DNA of 64,000 bases from an uncultured Planctomycetota bacterium. GTDB lineage: Bacteria > Planctomycetota > Planctomycetia > Pirellulales > Lacipirellulaceae. The DNA lies in NCBI GenBank assembly GCA_963719315.1, contig CAVRBU010000001.1, positions 512,001 through 576,000 on the forward strand, in the 5' to 3' direction. The position numbers and the translations under genes are program-made. The notes beneath the pieces are model-generated. The model ran no database searches and was not told the origin of the DNA. It worked only from the letters and a program-made list of their open reading frames with translations. Shown piece after piece: positions 9,551-19,869 of the stretch (position 1 is its first letter; every line of letters begins with the position of its first letter).

Positions 9551-10021
9551 CTACTTCTTGGCTTCAGCCTTGGGTTGAGCAGCATTCTCAGCCTTCTCAG
9601 CGGCTTTCTGCTCGTCTTTGGTCGACGGGGCGGCCGGAGCCGGCTCCATCTTCGACTCGCTCTTCTCGCTGGAAGCGCCGCAGCCACAGCCGCTGCTCTT
9701 CACTTCACCACCGCAGCTCGAGCAACCGCAGCTCTTCTTCTCGCAACCACAACTGTGCTTTTCACAGCCGCAGCTCTGGCAGCAACCGCAACCACCGCAG
9801 CTGCCATGGCTGCCTGAGAACATTCCGCTGAAGCAACCACCGAAGCTTCCGCAGCTACCGTGGCTTCCGCAGCTCGACATGCTCCAGTCGCCGCAGCTTC
9901 CGCAGCTCATGCCGCAACCACCGCAGCTTCCACAGCTACCGTTGCTGCCGAACCAGCCGGCATTGGCGCTGCAAGGAACGGCCAACACGGCCACGATCAA
10001 GGCAATCCGAGAAAAACTCAT
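9551..10021 (-). CDS. Secreted Cys/Gly/Ser-rich protein
   Basis: Signal peptide (..CSANA|G), repeated GSCG/CGC units, Lys/Ala/Glu tail. Confidence 0.75.
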   Translation of the reverse strand: MSFSRIALIVAVLAVPCSANAGWFGSNGSCGSCGGCGMSCGSCGDWSMSSCGSHGSCGSFGGCFSGMFSGSHGSCGGCGCCQSCGCEKHSCGCEKKSCGCSSCGGEVKSSGCGCGASSEKSESKMEPAPAAPSTKDEQKAAEKAENAAQPKAEAKK

Positions 10022-10203
10022 TTCCTAATTCTCCATTCGCGTACGCGTACGCCCGGCAATGACGTTCGCCTGGTGGCGGACCCCAAATCATTGGTCGAGG
10101 CTCGACAAGGATAGGTCGAGCACTGCGCCGAGCAAGCGGCGGCGGGAATTGTTGCGAATCGTGCCGATTGGCGCAGGGAAACCGGTTATGCGGGCACCGC
10201 AAT

Positions 10204-11037
10204 TCAGGCAGCCTGCTCCAACTCGGCCATCTTCCGAGCCACCCGCTTTCGCCGCCCCATGTGGAAAACTGCATCCAGCAGCGATGGCGCGAATCGCTTC
10301 ATCGCCACCATGAATCTCGCGAACGGTTCGATCACGACCAGCCGCCGATTGCGGTAGATCGCCTTCACTGCCGCATTCGCAACGCGTTCTGGCGTCGTCG
10401 TAATGGCGCGGGGCGGAATCTTGTGCGCTTCGACCTTCTCTTCCAACGGTGCGCTCGTGAACAGATTCGTCCGCACGAAGCCGGGGCACAATGCCGTCAC
10501 TCCCAAGCCTTCCCGGCCGAATTCCCGCCGCAGCGATTCGCTGAAGCCCACCATCCCGAACTTCGCCGTGCAATACGCCGTCACCTTCGGCATGCCGACC
10601 AGTCCCAGCACGCTGCATACATTGAGCACGTGTGCCTCGGGCCGCTCGAGCAGCGTCGGCAGCAGCTCGCGCGTGAACTGTACGTGCGACAGCAAGTTGA
10701 TTCGCAACAGCTTTTCCCAGTGCTCGGCCGCCATCCGCTCGGTCTTGCCGTAGTATGTAATGCCTGCGTTGTTCACAAGTATATCAACGCCATTCCACAG
10801 ACCGAGCACGGCCGCTACGGCCGACGTAACCTCGCGCGGCTGCGACATATCGCACCGCCGCGTGACGACTTCGACGCCCGCCCCCCGAGCCTCCGCTGCG
10901 GTTGCCGCCATCCCGGCCTCGTCGATATCCACCAGAAACAAGTCGGCCCCTTCGTGCGCCAGGCGAAGCGCAATGGCCCTGCCAATACCGGATGCAGCGC
11001 CGGAGATTAGTACTTTCTTCCCACGAATCACCCGCAT
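10204..11037 (-). CDS. Short-chain dehydrogenase/reductase
   Basis: GAASGIG, NNAG, YCTAK. Confidence 0.93.
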   Translation of the reverse strand: MRVIRGKKVLISGAASGIGRAIALRLAHEGADLFLVDIDEAGMAATAAEARGAGVEVVTRRCDMSQPREVTSAVAAVLGLWNGVDILVNNAGITYYGKTERMAAEHWEKLLRINLLSHVQFTRELLPTLLERPEAHVLNVCSVLGLVGMPKVTAYCTAKFGMVGFSESLRREFGREGLGVTALCPGFVRTNLFTSAPLEEKVEAHKIPPRAITTTPERVANAAVKAIYRNRRLVVIEPFARFMVAMKRFAPSLLDAVFHMGRRKRVARKMAELEQAA

Positions 11038-11061
11038 CGTTCAACTCTCCAATATTGCAAA

Positions 11062-11147
11062 AAGCCGGCGACCCGGGTCGCCGGCTTGGCAATGAGTGTA
11101 GGCGAGTTTCTCCGAAACTCGCAACCGCGTCTCGCAGAGACGCAGCC
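11062..11147. repeat. Palindrome/REP-like cluster, possible terminator
   Basis: Perfect 26-nt palindrome 11062-11087; GTAGGCGAGTTT..AAACTCGC; GCGTCTC..GAGACGC. Confidence 0.5.
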
Positions 11148-11152
11148 ACGCG

Positions 11153-12292
11153 TTACGCGGCGGCCTTCTTCCGTTCCGGAATCGGCAACGGCTCACCGGG
11201 CGGAACCACGCGCGTGAACTCGCCCGTTTCCAGATCCGCCGGCGGAATCGCCCGGCTCAACCGCAACCGGTCTTCTCCACGCAGCAGCGCCACGCCCCAT
11301 TTGTCGAGACTATACTTGCCGCCGTTGTACACGCTGCGATAGGACTTCTTGTTCGTGTAGGCCGGCACGTGCGACGGAATCACTCGCATGTTGAACGCCA
11401 GCCGATGGTGGTCGGTCGTGTTCGGCCCCGAGCCGTGAATGCAACGCTCGGTGAAGATGATGAATTGACCGGCCGTCACCGGCAGTTCGACGCAATCTTC
11501 CATCTTCTCATCGAAGTCGAACGTATAGGCCGCCTTGTAGAATCCTTCTTCACCGCCGAATTTGATCGAGCGGATGCGATCGTGCGTACCGCGAGCAAAC
11601 CGCAAGCAGCCGCGCTCCGGCGTGGCGTCATCAATCGCGACCCACACCGTGAGCTGAAAAATCTCACTGCGATCGGGCGGAAAAATGCCCGGATCCTGAT
11701 AGTCCTCGACCATGAACGTGCTCGCCTGATGCCACTGGATGGCGGGCGACTTCGGGCCTTTGTAAAAATATTGCGACCGCCACACCAGCAAATCCGGCCC
11801 AAGCAGCTGCGCGCACCGCTCGGTGATCGCCGGATTCTTCATGTATTTCCACAGCCGCGGCGATTCGAAATGCCGATCGCGCGGTGTCGCCCAACCGTAC
11901 GTTTTGCTCTTTTCGTTCTCCAGCGCCAGCACCTCGCGCTTGAAGTCCATCATTTCGTCGTGGCTGAATGCATCGAACGGACCCAGAAAGCCCTGCGTAT
12001 AGAAGAGCTTGAGGTCCTTCTCGCTGAGCTGATATTGCGGCGCCACCTGGGCCTTCGGCTTGAACGAGGTCGGCATCTTGAAATAGCACGTCTGGTCGAT
12101 CGAAGCCTTCGTGAAGCGGCTCTTCATCAACACCCAGAACATTTCGTGCGTCCAATTGTTGACCACCGACTTGATATCGCGCGGCAAAATGAACCGCGGC
12201 AGATGCAACGTTTTGTATGCCCATAAAATGCTCGTGGCAAACATCAACAGCGAACGCTGCCACAACGGCCTTACCTGCGGACTCATGTTCAT
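11153..12292 (-). CDS. Fe(II)/2-oxoglutarate-dependent halogenase, SyrB2/BarB/CytC3-like
   Basis: GFLGPFDAFS..EM, DRH, LGP..LVWR, WHQASTF (HxA instead of HxD), AGQFIIF..IHGS, GGKYSLDKWG. Confidence 0.8.
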   Translation of the reverse strand: MNMSPQVRPLWQRSLLMFATSILWAYKTLHLPRFILPRDIKSVVNNWTHEMFWVLMKSRFTKASIDQTCYFKMPTSFKPKAQVAPQYQLSEKDLKLFYTQGFLGPFDAFSHDEMMDFKREVLALENEKSKTYGWATPRDRHFESPRLWKYMKNPAITERCAQLLGPDLLVWRSQYFYKGPKSPAIQWHQASTFMVEDYQDPGIFPPDRSEIFQLTVWVAIDDATPERGCLRFARGTHDRIRSIKFGGEEGFYKAAYTFDFDEKMEDCVELPVTAGQFIIFTERCIHGSGPNTTDHHRLAFNMRVIPSHVPAYTNKKSYRSVYNGGKYSLDKWGVALLRGEDRLRLSRAIPPADLETGEFTRVVPPGEPLPIPERKKAAA

Positions 12293-12544
12293 GACTGGGA
12301 CTCACTGATTTGGGGGTGAATATTGGTAGCTGCAATCGCAAAACTTCAGCAACTCGCCGAATTCCTCAGAATCCAGCTATCTGGGTCCGGTTGCACCGAT
12401 TGCCAAAAAGTATCGGATCGTAGCGATGGTATCGTTGAGAAGGCAAGCGGACTTTTCATGCCGCCAGCACTTTTTCGCTTCGCCTTTGCCCGCGATAGCA
12501 ACCAACCACTCGCGGCCCACCCCGCGACAACGTAAATTGAATTA

Positions 12545-14190
12545 ATGCCCTCTTCCTACGCCAATATTCCGCTCCCCCACCGGGGCAACAGCGACTCGCG
12601 TCGCGTCGCCTTCCAACCAGCATTCGGCGCACCCGTGCGCTGGACGCTCATCGTGCTATCATGGCTAGCGTTCGGCGTTGCCAGTTACCTCGCCTTTCAT
12701 TCGGTCACCGGCACATCCGTCGCCGGTTGCGGCGTCGGCGACGCCAACGGCTGCGATGTCGTGCTCTCCAGCTCGTGGTCGAGGTGGCTCGGCGTACCCG
12801 TCGCTGTGCTTGGCCTCGCTTGCTACGCCTCGCTCGCGTCGCTCAGCGTGCTCCTGGGATTGCGCAGCGCCGCGGCCAATCGCTGGATCACGACCGCTTA
12901 CGTCACGCTCGCGATCGTCGCCGCCGGCGCCAGCCTGTGGTTCATCGGCGTGCAGATTGTTGCCATCGGAAACTATTGCAAATACTGTCTCGTGACCGAT
13001 GCCTGCGGTATCATCCTGGGCATCGTCGCACTCGCTGCAGCCGTCCAATGCATGCTGTCCCGTCGTGGCCAGCCGCAGCCGCGAACCATGCAACCGGGCT
13101 TGATGGCGCTCTGCGCGGCGCTGCCAGCCGGCGCTCGCGCGCCAGGTGCGGCAATCGTGCCCCCCTCGATAATGGCTTCTCCCCCTTCGCTTTTGGCTGC
13201 GCTCGCCGGCGCGCTTCCGTTGTTGGTGCTTTTGATCGGGGGCCAGCTCCTGTTTGCCGCTAAGACGTTCCAAGTCGAACAACTCGCGCTCAACGATTCG
13301 ATCAAAATGGATGGCGCCTCCGACGATAACGCCGCCGGCGAAACCACCACGCCCGCGGCCCACGTTGCACTCCGTATTCCTTCTGAAGAAGGTGGCGAAA
13401 CGGGCGACGCGTCGCCTGAGTCGAAAACCGCGGATGCCACGGCTGAAAAGAATCCAGACGAAACGAGCGACCCGTCAATAACAGATCACACCGCCGCCGA
13501 CCCGGCCATCGACCCGACACACGCGAACCAAGCTACTGAGAAACCGGTGCCGCCCACCGACGAGCCCGCCCGTGAACGCGTCGTAAAATTCCTCGGTGGC
13601 AAACTTTCGCTCGATGTTTACAAGCACCCGCTGATCGGCTCGCCCGAAGCGCCGCACATCGTCGTCGAAATGGTCTCCTACGATTGCCCCCATTGCCGCA
13701 AGATGCACGCCATCATGGAGGACGCGCTGGCCCGCTATGGCAACCAGGTCGCGCTGCTGGTCATGCCCGTGCCTCTCGACAAGGATTGCAACAAGCTCGT
13801 CACCGACGAGGCCGCCTCCCATCTCGGCGCTGCGCCACGGCTCGCTTCGCCTGCGGCATCGCCAAGCTCAATTCGCGCGCGTTCGTCAAGTTTCACGACT
13901 TCCTGATGACCGGCAAAGACAAACCGCCCGGTATGGAGCGAATCATTCCCAAGGCCTATGCCATGGTGAACCGCGACCGACTCCGCGAATTGACCCGCGG
14001 TCCGGAAATCAAAAAGCAAATCGACGGCTACATCGACCTTTTTGGCCAATTGCAAGCCAACAGCCACGGCAACACCAAATTCGGCCTCCCCGTACAAATC
14101 CTCGGCGACCACGTCATGACGGGCGAAGTCGAGAAGCCGGAAGACGTCTTCCAAGCCTGGGAAGAACACCTCGGCGTGAAACCGAAGTAA
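12545..14190 (+). CDS. VKOR-thioredoxin/DsbA fusion, frameshifted near 13829
   Basis: C..CDVVLSSSWS, CKYC (VKOR); YDCPHC (Trx); one added C restores ..GACATARFAC.. Confidence 0.8.
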
Positions 14191-14415
14191 CTCCTTCTCC
14201 CCAAAGTCCGGCTGATCGACAAGTCAGGCACCGGAAAAAAGTCCGTAAAAAGGCGACGCGTTCGCGCCCAAATGACCCTCGACAGCAACCTGTTCGTGAG
14301 GCATTTGTTTGACCACCGACTGGAACCGACTCTAAAATCACCCTCGTTGGCGCATTGAAACTCTTATCCGTCCGCATGCGTATCCCGTCCCACAACTGAG
14401 ATATGGAGGATCGGA

Positions 14416-15327
14416 ATGCTCGGCACTCTCAAAAGTAGGCGGTCGCATCGGAAAGCGTTTCGCAACACCGTATTCGCTGCCGTCACCCTGATCGCGCTCG
14501 CCGCCAGTCTGCGCGACGCTAGTGGACGACAAGTCGAGGAATGGCCCTACGACAAGTTGTTCGAAAAAGCGGAACTCATTGTGATCGCTGCGCCACAGGC
14601 GACACGTAATCTGCCAGTACAAAGTGGATGGCAGGTACCCAAGCACCTAGTGCCTCAGGAGACGACGTTCACTGTTCTACAAGCGCTCAAAGGCGAGGTG
14701 AAAAATCCGCCGCTGAAGATGTTCCATTTTGGGGTCGAGCCGGGGATGAAATTGGTCCGCGGTTCAGGCTGGATAGCGTTTCGGAGGAACCAATCGTCGT
14801 TTCGAACAGGCCAGAGAAGCATAACCGCAGCTGTAGTCCCGCCACCGCAGTATCTTCTGTTCCTAATCGCCGCCGGGGACCGGTACGAGCCGGTTTCGGG
14901 CCAAGTTAATCCGGAACTATCGGTGAAAGAAATCCATGCGCCGCTGCCGCTGGAGAGCGCCCCAGACTCATCAACAGATCGCCTCATCGTGCCGGGGAGT
15001 CGGGTCGGGCAATATGTAATTGGAGTTAGCACGCTGGCGCAGATACTCGGCAGCGACACGCCGGAGGCACGCCAACGCTTCGCCGATCAGGGACTTTGGT
15101 TTGAATTCAACAGAGGGCATGAACTTTCAGCCGTGACCACATCGAATGAGCAGTTTGCAACCAAAGAGGGGCTCAAAGTAGGTTCGAGTATTGAGCAAGT
15201 GCAAATCGCGCTCGGTGGTGCGCGACCTGCTGAACGACAAACACTCGTCTCCGGCCTCTTGGATTATGGCGGGATTCAATTCGTTCCAAAGGAGGAGCGC
15301 GTGCGCAATTCGGGTGTCGAAAAATAA
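14416..15327 (+). CDS. Hypothetical exported protein
   Basis: 303-aa ORF, RBS GGAGG, N-terminal hydrophobic segment. Confidence 0.6.
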   Translation: MLGTLKSRRSHRKAFRNTVFAAVTLIALAASLRDASGRQVEEWPYDKLFEKAELIVIAAPQATRNLPVQSGWQVPKHLVPQETTFTVLQALKGEVKNPPLKMFHFGVEPGMKLVRGSGWIAFRRNQSSFRTGQRSITAAVVPPPQYLLFLIAAGDRYEPVSGQVNPELSVKEIHAPLPLESAPDSSTDRLIVPGSRVGQYVIGVSTLAQILGSDTPEARQRFADQGLWFEFNRGHELSAVTTSNEQFATKEGLKVGSSIEQVQIALGGARPAERQTLVSGLLDYGGIQFVPKEERVRNSGVEK

Positions 15328-15358
15328 TCGGCAATGATCAACGACGGGAGGATTGCAC

Positions 15359-15742
15359 ATGCAATGCAATAGAATTGAAGAGCGAGTAACTTCGCTTGAG
15401 AAGCAGCTAAGCTTCTGGAAGTATGTGGCAGCAACACTATTAATCGTGTTCATCGGCGTGGCGGCAATCGCCGGCAGCGAAGAACACGTCAAGGCGAAGG
15501 AACTGACGGTCTCGGACGGTAGCGGCCGGGTGATCGTGCAATCTGATGGCGTACTGCTTTACGACGCAACCGACAAGCTTCGAGCGACACTCGGGGTTGA
15601 AACCAACCATTCCACGTTGAAGTTGCACGACCGCGGAGGCAAGCCGCGTATGGTGCTGGATGTGTCCGACGCGGGAGGCAGGATTCTGTTTCTTGAACCT
15701 TCCGGCGAGGCAAGAAAAGCAATTGAGGCGGATGGCCGATAA
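15359..15742 (+). CDS. Hypothetical protein (coiled coil, TM, beta-rich)
   Basis: RBS GGAGG; IEERVTSLEKQ + TM + D..GK.R repeats. Confidence 0.6.
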   Translation: MQCNRIEERVTSLEKQLSFWKYVAATLLIVFIGVAAIAGSEEHVKAKELTVSDGSGRVIVQSDGVLLYDATDKLRATLGVETNHSTLKLHDRGGKPRMVLDVSDAGGRILFLEPSGEARKAIEADGR

Positions 15743-15872
15743 CGAGGCATTCCTGAGGTGGACCCCATTGGTTGGGCGCCGAATAGGGTTGAATAAGGTA
15801 GTGGGGCTGGCGGCCCGCAAGACCCCTCACAGGTCTTGCGCGGCCGCTGCAGCGGTTTAACTTTCTGATGTA

Positions 15873-16772
15873 CTAACCAGCTATCAAATTGTTGCGCACG
15901 ATTTCAATTCGTTTTTCGTCTGACGGCGGCCCGTCGCTTGAGCCTCGCTCGCGATAAATCTCCCATGGGGTGCGGTAGCCGAGCGCCTGATGGATTCGTT
16001 CGTTGTTGTAGAAGCGGAAGTACGCCGCCAGCGACGCGTCGGCTTGCCAGCCGTCCACGTAATCCTTGAGGTACACGTCCTCGTATTTCACACTCCGCCA
16101 CAGCCGCTCGACGAACACGTTGTCGATCGCCCGGCCGCGGCCATCCATGCTGATCGCCACGCCGGCAGCCTCCAGCCGCGACGTGAACGCTTCGGCTGTG
16201 TATTGACTCCCTTGGTCGCTGTTGAAGATCTCGGGCTTGGTCTGCGTGAGCGCTTCGTCGAGCGCCTCCATACAGAAGTCGCCGGTAAGCGTGTTCGACA
16301 AGCGCCAACTCAGCACGTAGCGGCTGTACCAGTCCATCACCGCCGCGAGGTACAAAAACCCGTGACGCAGCGGCACGTAGGTGATGTCGCTGGCCCACAC
16401 CTGGTCGGGCCGCGCGACCTCCACATTCCGCAGTAAATACGGGTAAATTTTGTGTCCGGCGCCGGGCCTGGTGGTCCGCCGCTTCGGATAGATCGCCTCG
16501 ATGCCCATCACACGCATCAACCGTTGGATGCGCTTGCGGTTCACTCCCAGCACTTCCGAGAGCTTGCGGCTGCCGTAAAACGGCGTCCGCAAATACTGCT
16601 CGTCGATCGCACGCATGAACGCCAGGTTCTCGGCCGATTCGCCAATCGGCTGGTAGTACCACGTGCTTCGTGCGAGCCCCACTAGCTCGCACTGCCGCGC
16701 GATCGTGAGCTGTTTGCGTTCCGTTTCGATGCATCGCCTCAGTCCTTCAGTTGAGCTCGGCAGCTTTTTTTT
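15873..16772 (-). CDS. IS3 transposase OrfB (DDE)
   Basis: WASDITY, NSDQGSQY, DNVFVERLWRSVKYE; frame open up to the A9 run. Confidence 0.92.
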   Translation of the reverse strand, partial: KKKLPSSTEGLRRCIETERKQLTIARQCELVGLARSTWYYQPIGESAENLAFMRAIDEQYLRTPFYGSRKLSEVLGVNRKRIQRLMRVMGIEAIYPKRRTTRPGAGHKIYPYLLRNVEVARPDQVWASDITYVPLRHGFLYLAAVMDWYSRYVLSWRLSNTLTGDFCMEALDEALTQTKPEIFNSDQGSQYTAEAFTSRLEAAGVAISMDGRGRAIDNVFVERLWRSVKYEDVYLKDYVDGWQADASLAAYFRFYNNERIHQALGYRTPWEIYRERGSSDGPPSDEKRIEIVRNNLIAG

Positions 16773-17061
16773 TCAACCACTCGACTTCCATCTTCAGCCG
16801 GCCGATCTGCTCGTAAAGCTCCTGGTCATTGGCCGTGTCCTCGGCCGCTCGCTTGCCGCGGCCGTCTTCGAACAACTCCGGAGCTCCCTCCAAGAGTTGC
16901 TTCTTCCAGGCCGTGATCTGGCCCACATGCACTTCATACTCAGCCGCCAGTTGAGCCGTGGTCTTGTCGCCCCGGCACGCCGCCAGTGCTACCTTCGCCT
17001 TGAACGCACCGCTAAAACTCCGTCGCTTCCGAGCCATCCTCCGAACCTCCTGATAGGCCAT
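16747..17061 (-). CDS. IS3 transposase OrfA (HTH)
   Basis: RRSFSGAFKAKVAL..LYEQIGRLKMEVEWLKKK. Confidence 0.9.
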   Translation of the reverse strand: MAYQEVRRMARKRRSFSGAFKAKVALAACRGDKTTAQLAAEYEVHVGQITAWKKQLLEGAPELFEDGRGKRAAEDTANDQELYEQIGRLKMEVEWLKKKAAELN

Positions 17062-17184
17062 CCCACAGCGGGGATTTTATACCTTATCAGGGCGCCCAGT
17101 TTTTGGGGTCCACCTCATCCTACACCGTCGGGCGGCCGATCACTCCGCATTCTCTGGGTTATGCATAGCTGCTCATGAGCGGTG

Positions 17185-17493
17185 TCACTCGACTTTTGTG
17201 ATCGTCAAGGCCACTGCCGCGCCAATCAACATTCCGGCGATGCACGTAATTATTGGAAGCCAAATTGATTCGCTTAACGCGGCCCCGCCCACAGTGAGAA
17301 CAGGTAGATTAATGTCAAACCAGCCGAACCAATGACCAACTCCGATAGCGAAAACAGCGAAAAAGCCCATTGCGATCCCTATCCAAGAGCCAATGAAGCC
17401 ATAGCGGTATACCCTGGACTTAATATTGAACTTAAGGGCCACGAGTGCCATGGAAGCGAGAACAATAGCGACTGTGAGAATTAGAAGTTCCAT
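17185..17493 (-). CDS. Small hypothetical membrane protein
   Basis: MELLILTVAIV..; three hydrophobic helices. Confidence 0.55.
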   Translation of the reverse strand: MELLILTVAIVLASMALVALKFNIKSRVYRYGFIGSWIGIAMGFFAVFAIGVGHWFGWFDINLPVLTVGGAALSESIWLPIITCIAGMLIGAAVALTITKVE

Positions 17494-18229
17494 TCGCGGC
17501 GGCGCTTTAGCGGTACGTGTGCATTTGGAGCCTAACTGACACTCGTCTACTGTCAAGCCTGGGGCAGCAGCATCTTGGGAAGTTTGCCAACACAGCGCCC
17601 AAGCAGGGCAACAGCTGGCGCGGACCTTACGAGCCGGATGCCAAATGAGGAATCCAGTGGGAATGCTTGGACACTTGTTAGTGTACGCGGCTGTGTTATC
17701 TGTGGCCCAGGCTCCTGACGCACATGGCGAGTCGGCCGCCAAAAAACGAGAAGTCATGAAGGAGTCGTGGAAAGCGTTGTTTGGCAGCGATCTTGACTTT
17801 TCGCCTCGTGGGTTCTTCAACCTGATGTCGGCTGTGGGCGCTAAACCCTTGGATGAGTTCACCCCGTTTGAAGGTGTGGAGCGCAAGCGTTGGCTGAAGG
17901 AATCCTCCGAACGCTGGATGAGGACTTTTTTCAAGGAGCAGTTTCTGCCGCAGGGAGAGCCGGAAATGCGGCGCACAAAGGCGGCGCACAAAGGGGACGG
18001 GAGTCAAATCATGTAACAATGACCCCCGTCCCCTTACTCGTCCGCTTCAATTCTTATGGAAGGGAAGTAGAAGATGCCGCACTTGATTGTGCCGATGGAA
18101 TAGCTGAAAAATACAGACGGGAAGAAATCGGTGAGCTCGTTACGAACTTGTTACACGATTCAGGACGCGAAATTCGCAGGCGGTTGATATACTGCGTGCT
18201 GCTATCCGTTTCATCCAGGCCCAGGTTCC

Positions 18230-19636
18230 ATGAGATTGCGCGTTTCGCTTTACCTGCTCGTCCTGGCATTGCCATTGTCGGCCAGGTCGTCGGAGGCCGC
18301 GTATCGGGATGCGCTGGTTGCCGGCGTTCCCCACGTCAGGCAGCGCGAGGATTTCTGCGGCGAGGCGTGTGCGGAGATGGTGCTTCGCAAGCTCGGGAGG
18401 AAGGGGGATCAGGACTACGTCTTCAATATGTCGGGGCTCGATCCGGCACTGGGGCGGGGATGTTACTCGGCGGATTTGAAGCGGGCGCTGGGGCGAATCG
18501 GATTCAAGACGGGCAACGTCTTCTACCATGTCGATGCAGCTCGGGCCGAGGAGGGGATCGAGGCGCAGTGGCAAAAAATGTACGCCGATCTGGTGAAAGG
18601 CGTACCTTCGATCGTTTGCATGCACTACGACGCGTCGCCGAATACGACCGAGCATATGCGGCTGGTCGTGGGGTATGAGGCCAAGACGGATTCCGTCGTT
18701 TATCTGGAGCCGGCGGATCGAGAGGCGGGCTATCGGCAGATGGAGCGAGTGGCTTTTTTGGCGCTGTGGCCACTCAAGTATGAGGCGGAGCAGTGGCTGT
18801 TGGTTCGCTTCCGGATGGAGCCGGGCGACATCCGCGAACCGGCGGCGATGATGGGAATCACGAATGCCGACTATGCGCAGCATGTGCTCACGCTCAAAAA
18901 ACGGATACCTGAGGGGTTCAGCCTGTTTATCGAGCGGCCGTTTGTGGTTGTGGGCGATGAGTCGGCCGAGCAAGTTAAGTCGCGCTGCGAGCGGACGGTG
19001 AAGTGGGCAGTCGTGAAATTGAGACAGGATTATTTCGCCCGCGATCCGGATGACATCATCACGATCTGGCTGTTCAAAGATGAGGACAGTTATCGCAAGC
19101 ACACGAAAGCGGTGTTCAACGACACGCCGACGACACCGTATGGGTATTACTCGGCTGCCCACAAGGCGCTCTTCATGAACATCGACACGGGCACCGGCAC
19201 GCTCGTGCACGAGATCGTCCATCCGTTCGTGCGGGCAAATTTCCCGCGCTGCCCCGTTTGGTTCAACGAGGGGCTCGGCTCGCTCTACGAACAGTGCGGC
19301 GAGCGGGATGGGCATATCGTCGGTTACCCCAACTGGCGGTTGCCGGGGTTGCAGCGGGCGATCAAGGCGGGCGCCCTGCCGTCGTTCGAAGAACTCACCG
19401 GCACGAGCACGAACGAGTTCTACGGCGAGGACAAAGGCACGAATTATTCGCAAGCGCGGTACCTGTGTTACTACCTGCAAGAACAGGGAAAACTCAGGTC
19501 GTTCTATCGCGATTTCGTGGCGCACCAGACGACAGACCCCACCGGCTACAAGACGCTCATGAAGATTCTCAACGAAGATGACATGGTAGCGTTCCAGGAG
19601 AGGTGGGAGGCGTACGTGTTGGCGCTGCGACGATAA
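18230..19636 (+). CDS. Secreted C39-like peptidase fused to a gluzincin-like domain
   Basis: Signal peptide; QREDFCGEAC, HMRLVVGY, EP (C39-like); TLVHEIVH..WFNEGLG (HExxH..E). Confidence 0.8.
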   Translation: MRLRVSLYLLVLALPLSARSSEAAYRDALVAGVPHVRQREDFCGEACAEMVLRKLGRKGDQDYVFNMSGLDPALGRGCYSADLKRALGRIGFKTGNVFYHVDAARAEEGIEAQWQKMYADLVKGVPSIVCMHYDASPNTTEHMRLVVGYEAKTDSVVYLEPADREAGYRQMERVAFLALWPLKYEAEQWLLVRFRMEPGDIREPAAMMGITNADYAQHVLTLKKRIPEGFSLFIERPFVVVGDESAEQVKSRCERTVKWAVVKLRQDYFARDPDDIITIWLFKDEDSYRKHTKAVFNDTPTTPYGYYSAAHKALFMNIDTGTGTLVHEIVHPFVRANFPRCPVWFNEGLGSLYEQCGERDGHIVGYPNWRLPGLQRAIKAGALPSFEELTGTSTNEFYGEDKGTNYSQARYLCYYLQEQGKLRSFYRDFVAHQTTDPTGYKTLMKILNEDDMVAFQERWEAYVLALRR

Positions 19637-19869
19637 GGACCTGCGGCTAGGTGGCGTAGCCTCAGAAGGTTTCCGGCGTGGCCATGGGCAGAAAGTAAAA
19701 AGGTATCAGGTCAGTCAGGTCTCTTTCTTGCAATCGCGGCCTGCCGATGGGTCGCATCGCCGACTCCAAATGCAGCCACCTGGCCGCAGCGACACACCTA
19801 GCGGACGCAGCTCGCTTCGGCTGCCCCGTAAATTACCGACTTCCGCGCCACTCGACTGAATCTATAGCT

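Larger units (their letters stand above)
15754..17117 (-). mobile_element. IS3-family insertion sequence, 1364 bp
   Basis: TG..CA ends; imperfect TIRs TGAGGTGGACCCCA-N6-GGGCGCC; 3-bp target duplication TCC on both flanks. Confidence 0.93.

Noticed and set aside
17645..18016. 123-aa ORF as a real gene
   Set aside because: No recognisable domain, and it ends inside a palindromic repeat (about 17991-18034); possibly a remnant.
18140..19525. Long antisense ORFs (also 30672-31688, 59791-60888 and others)
   Set aside because: Shadow frames of GC-rich genes with no recognisable motifs.
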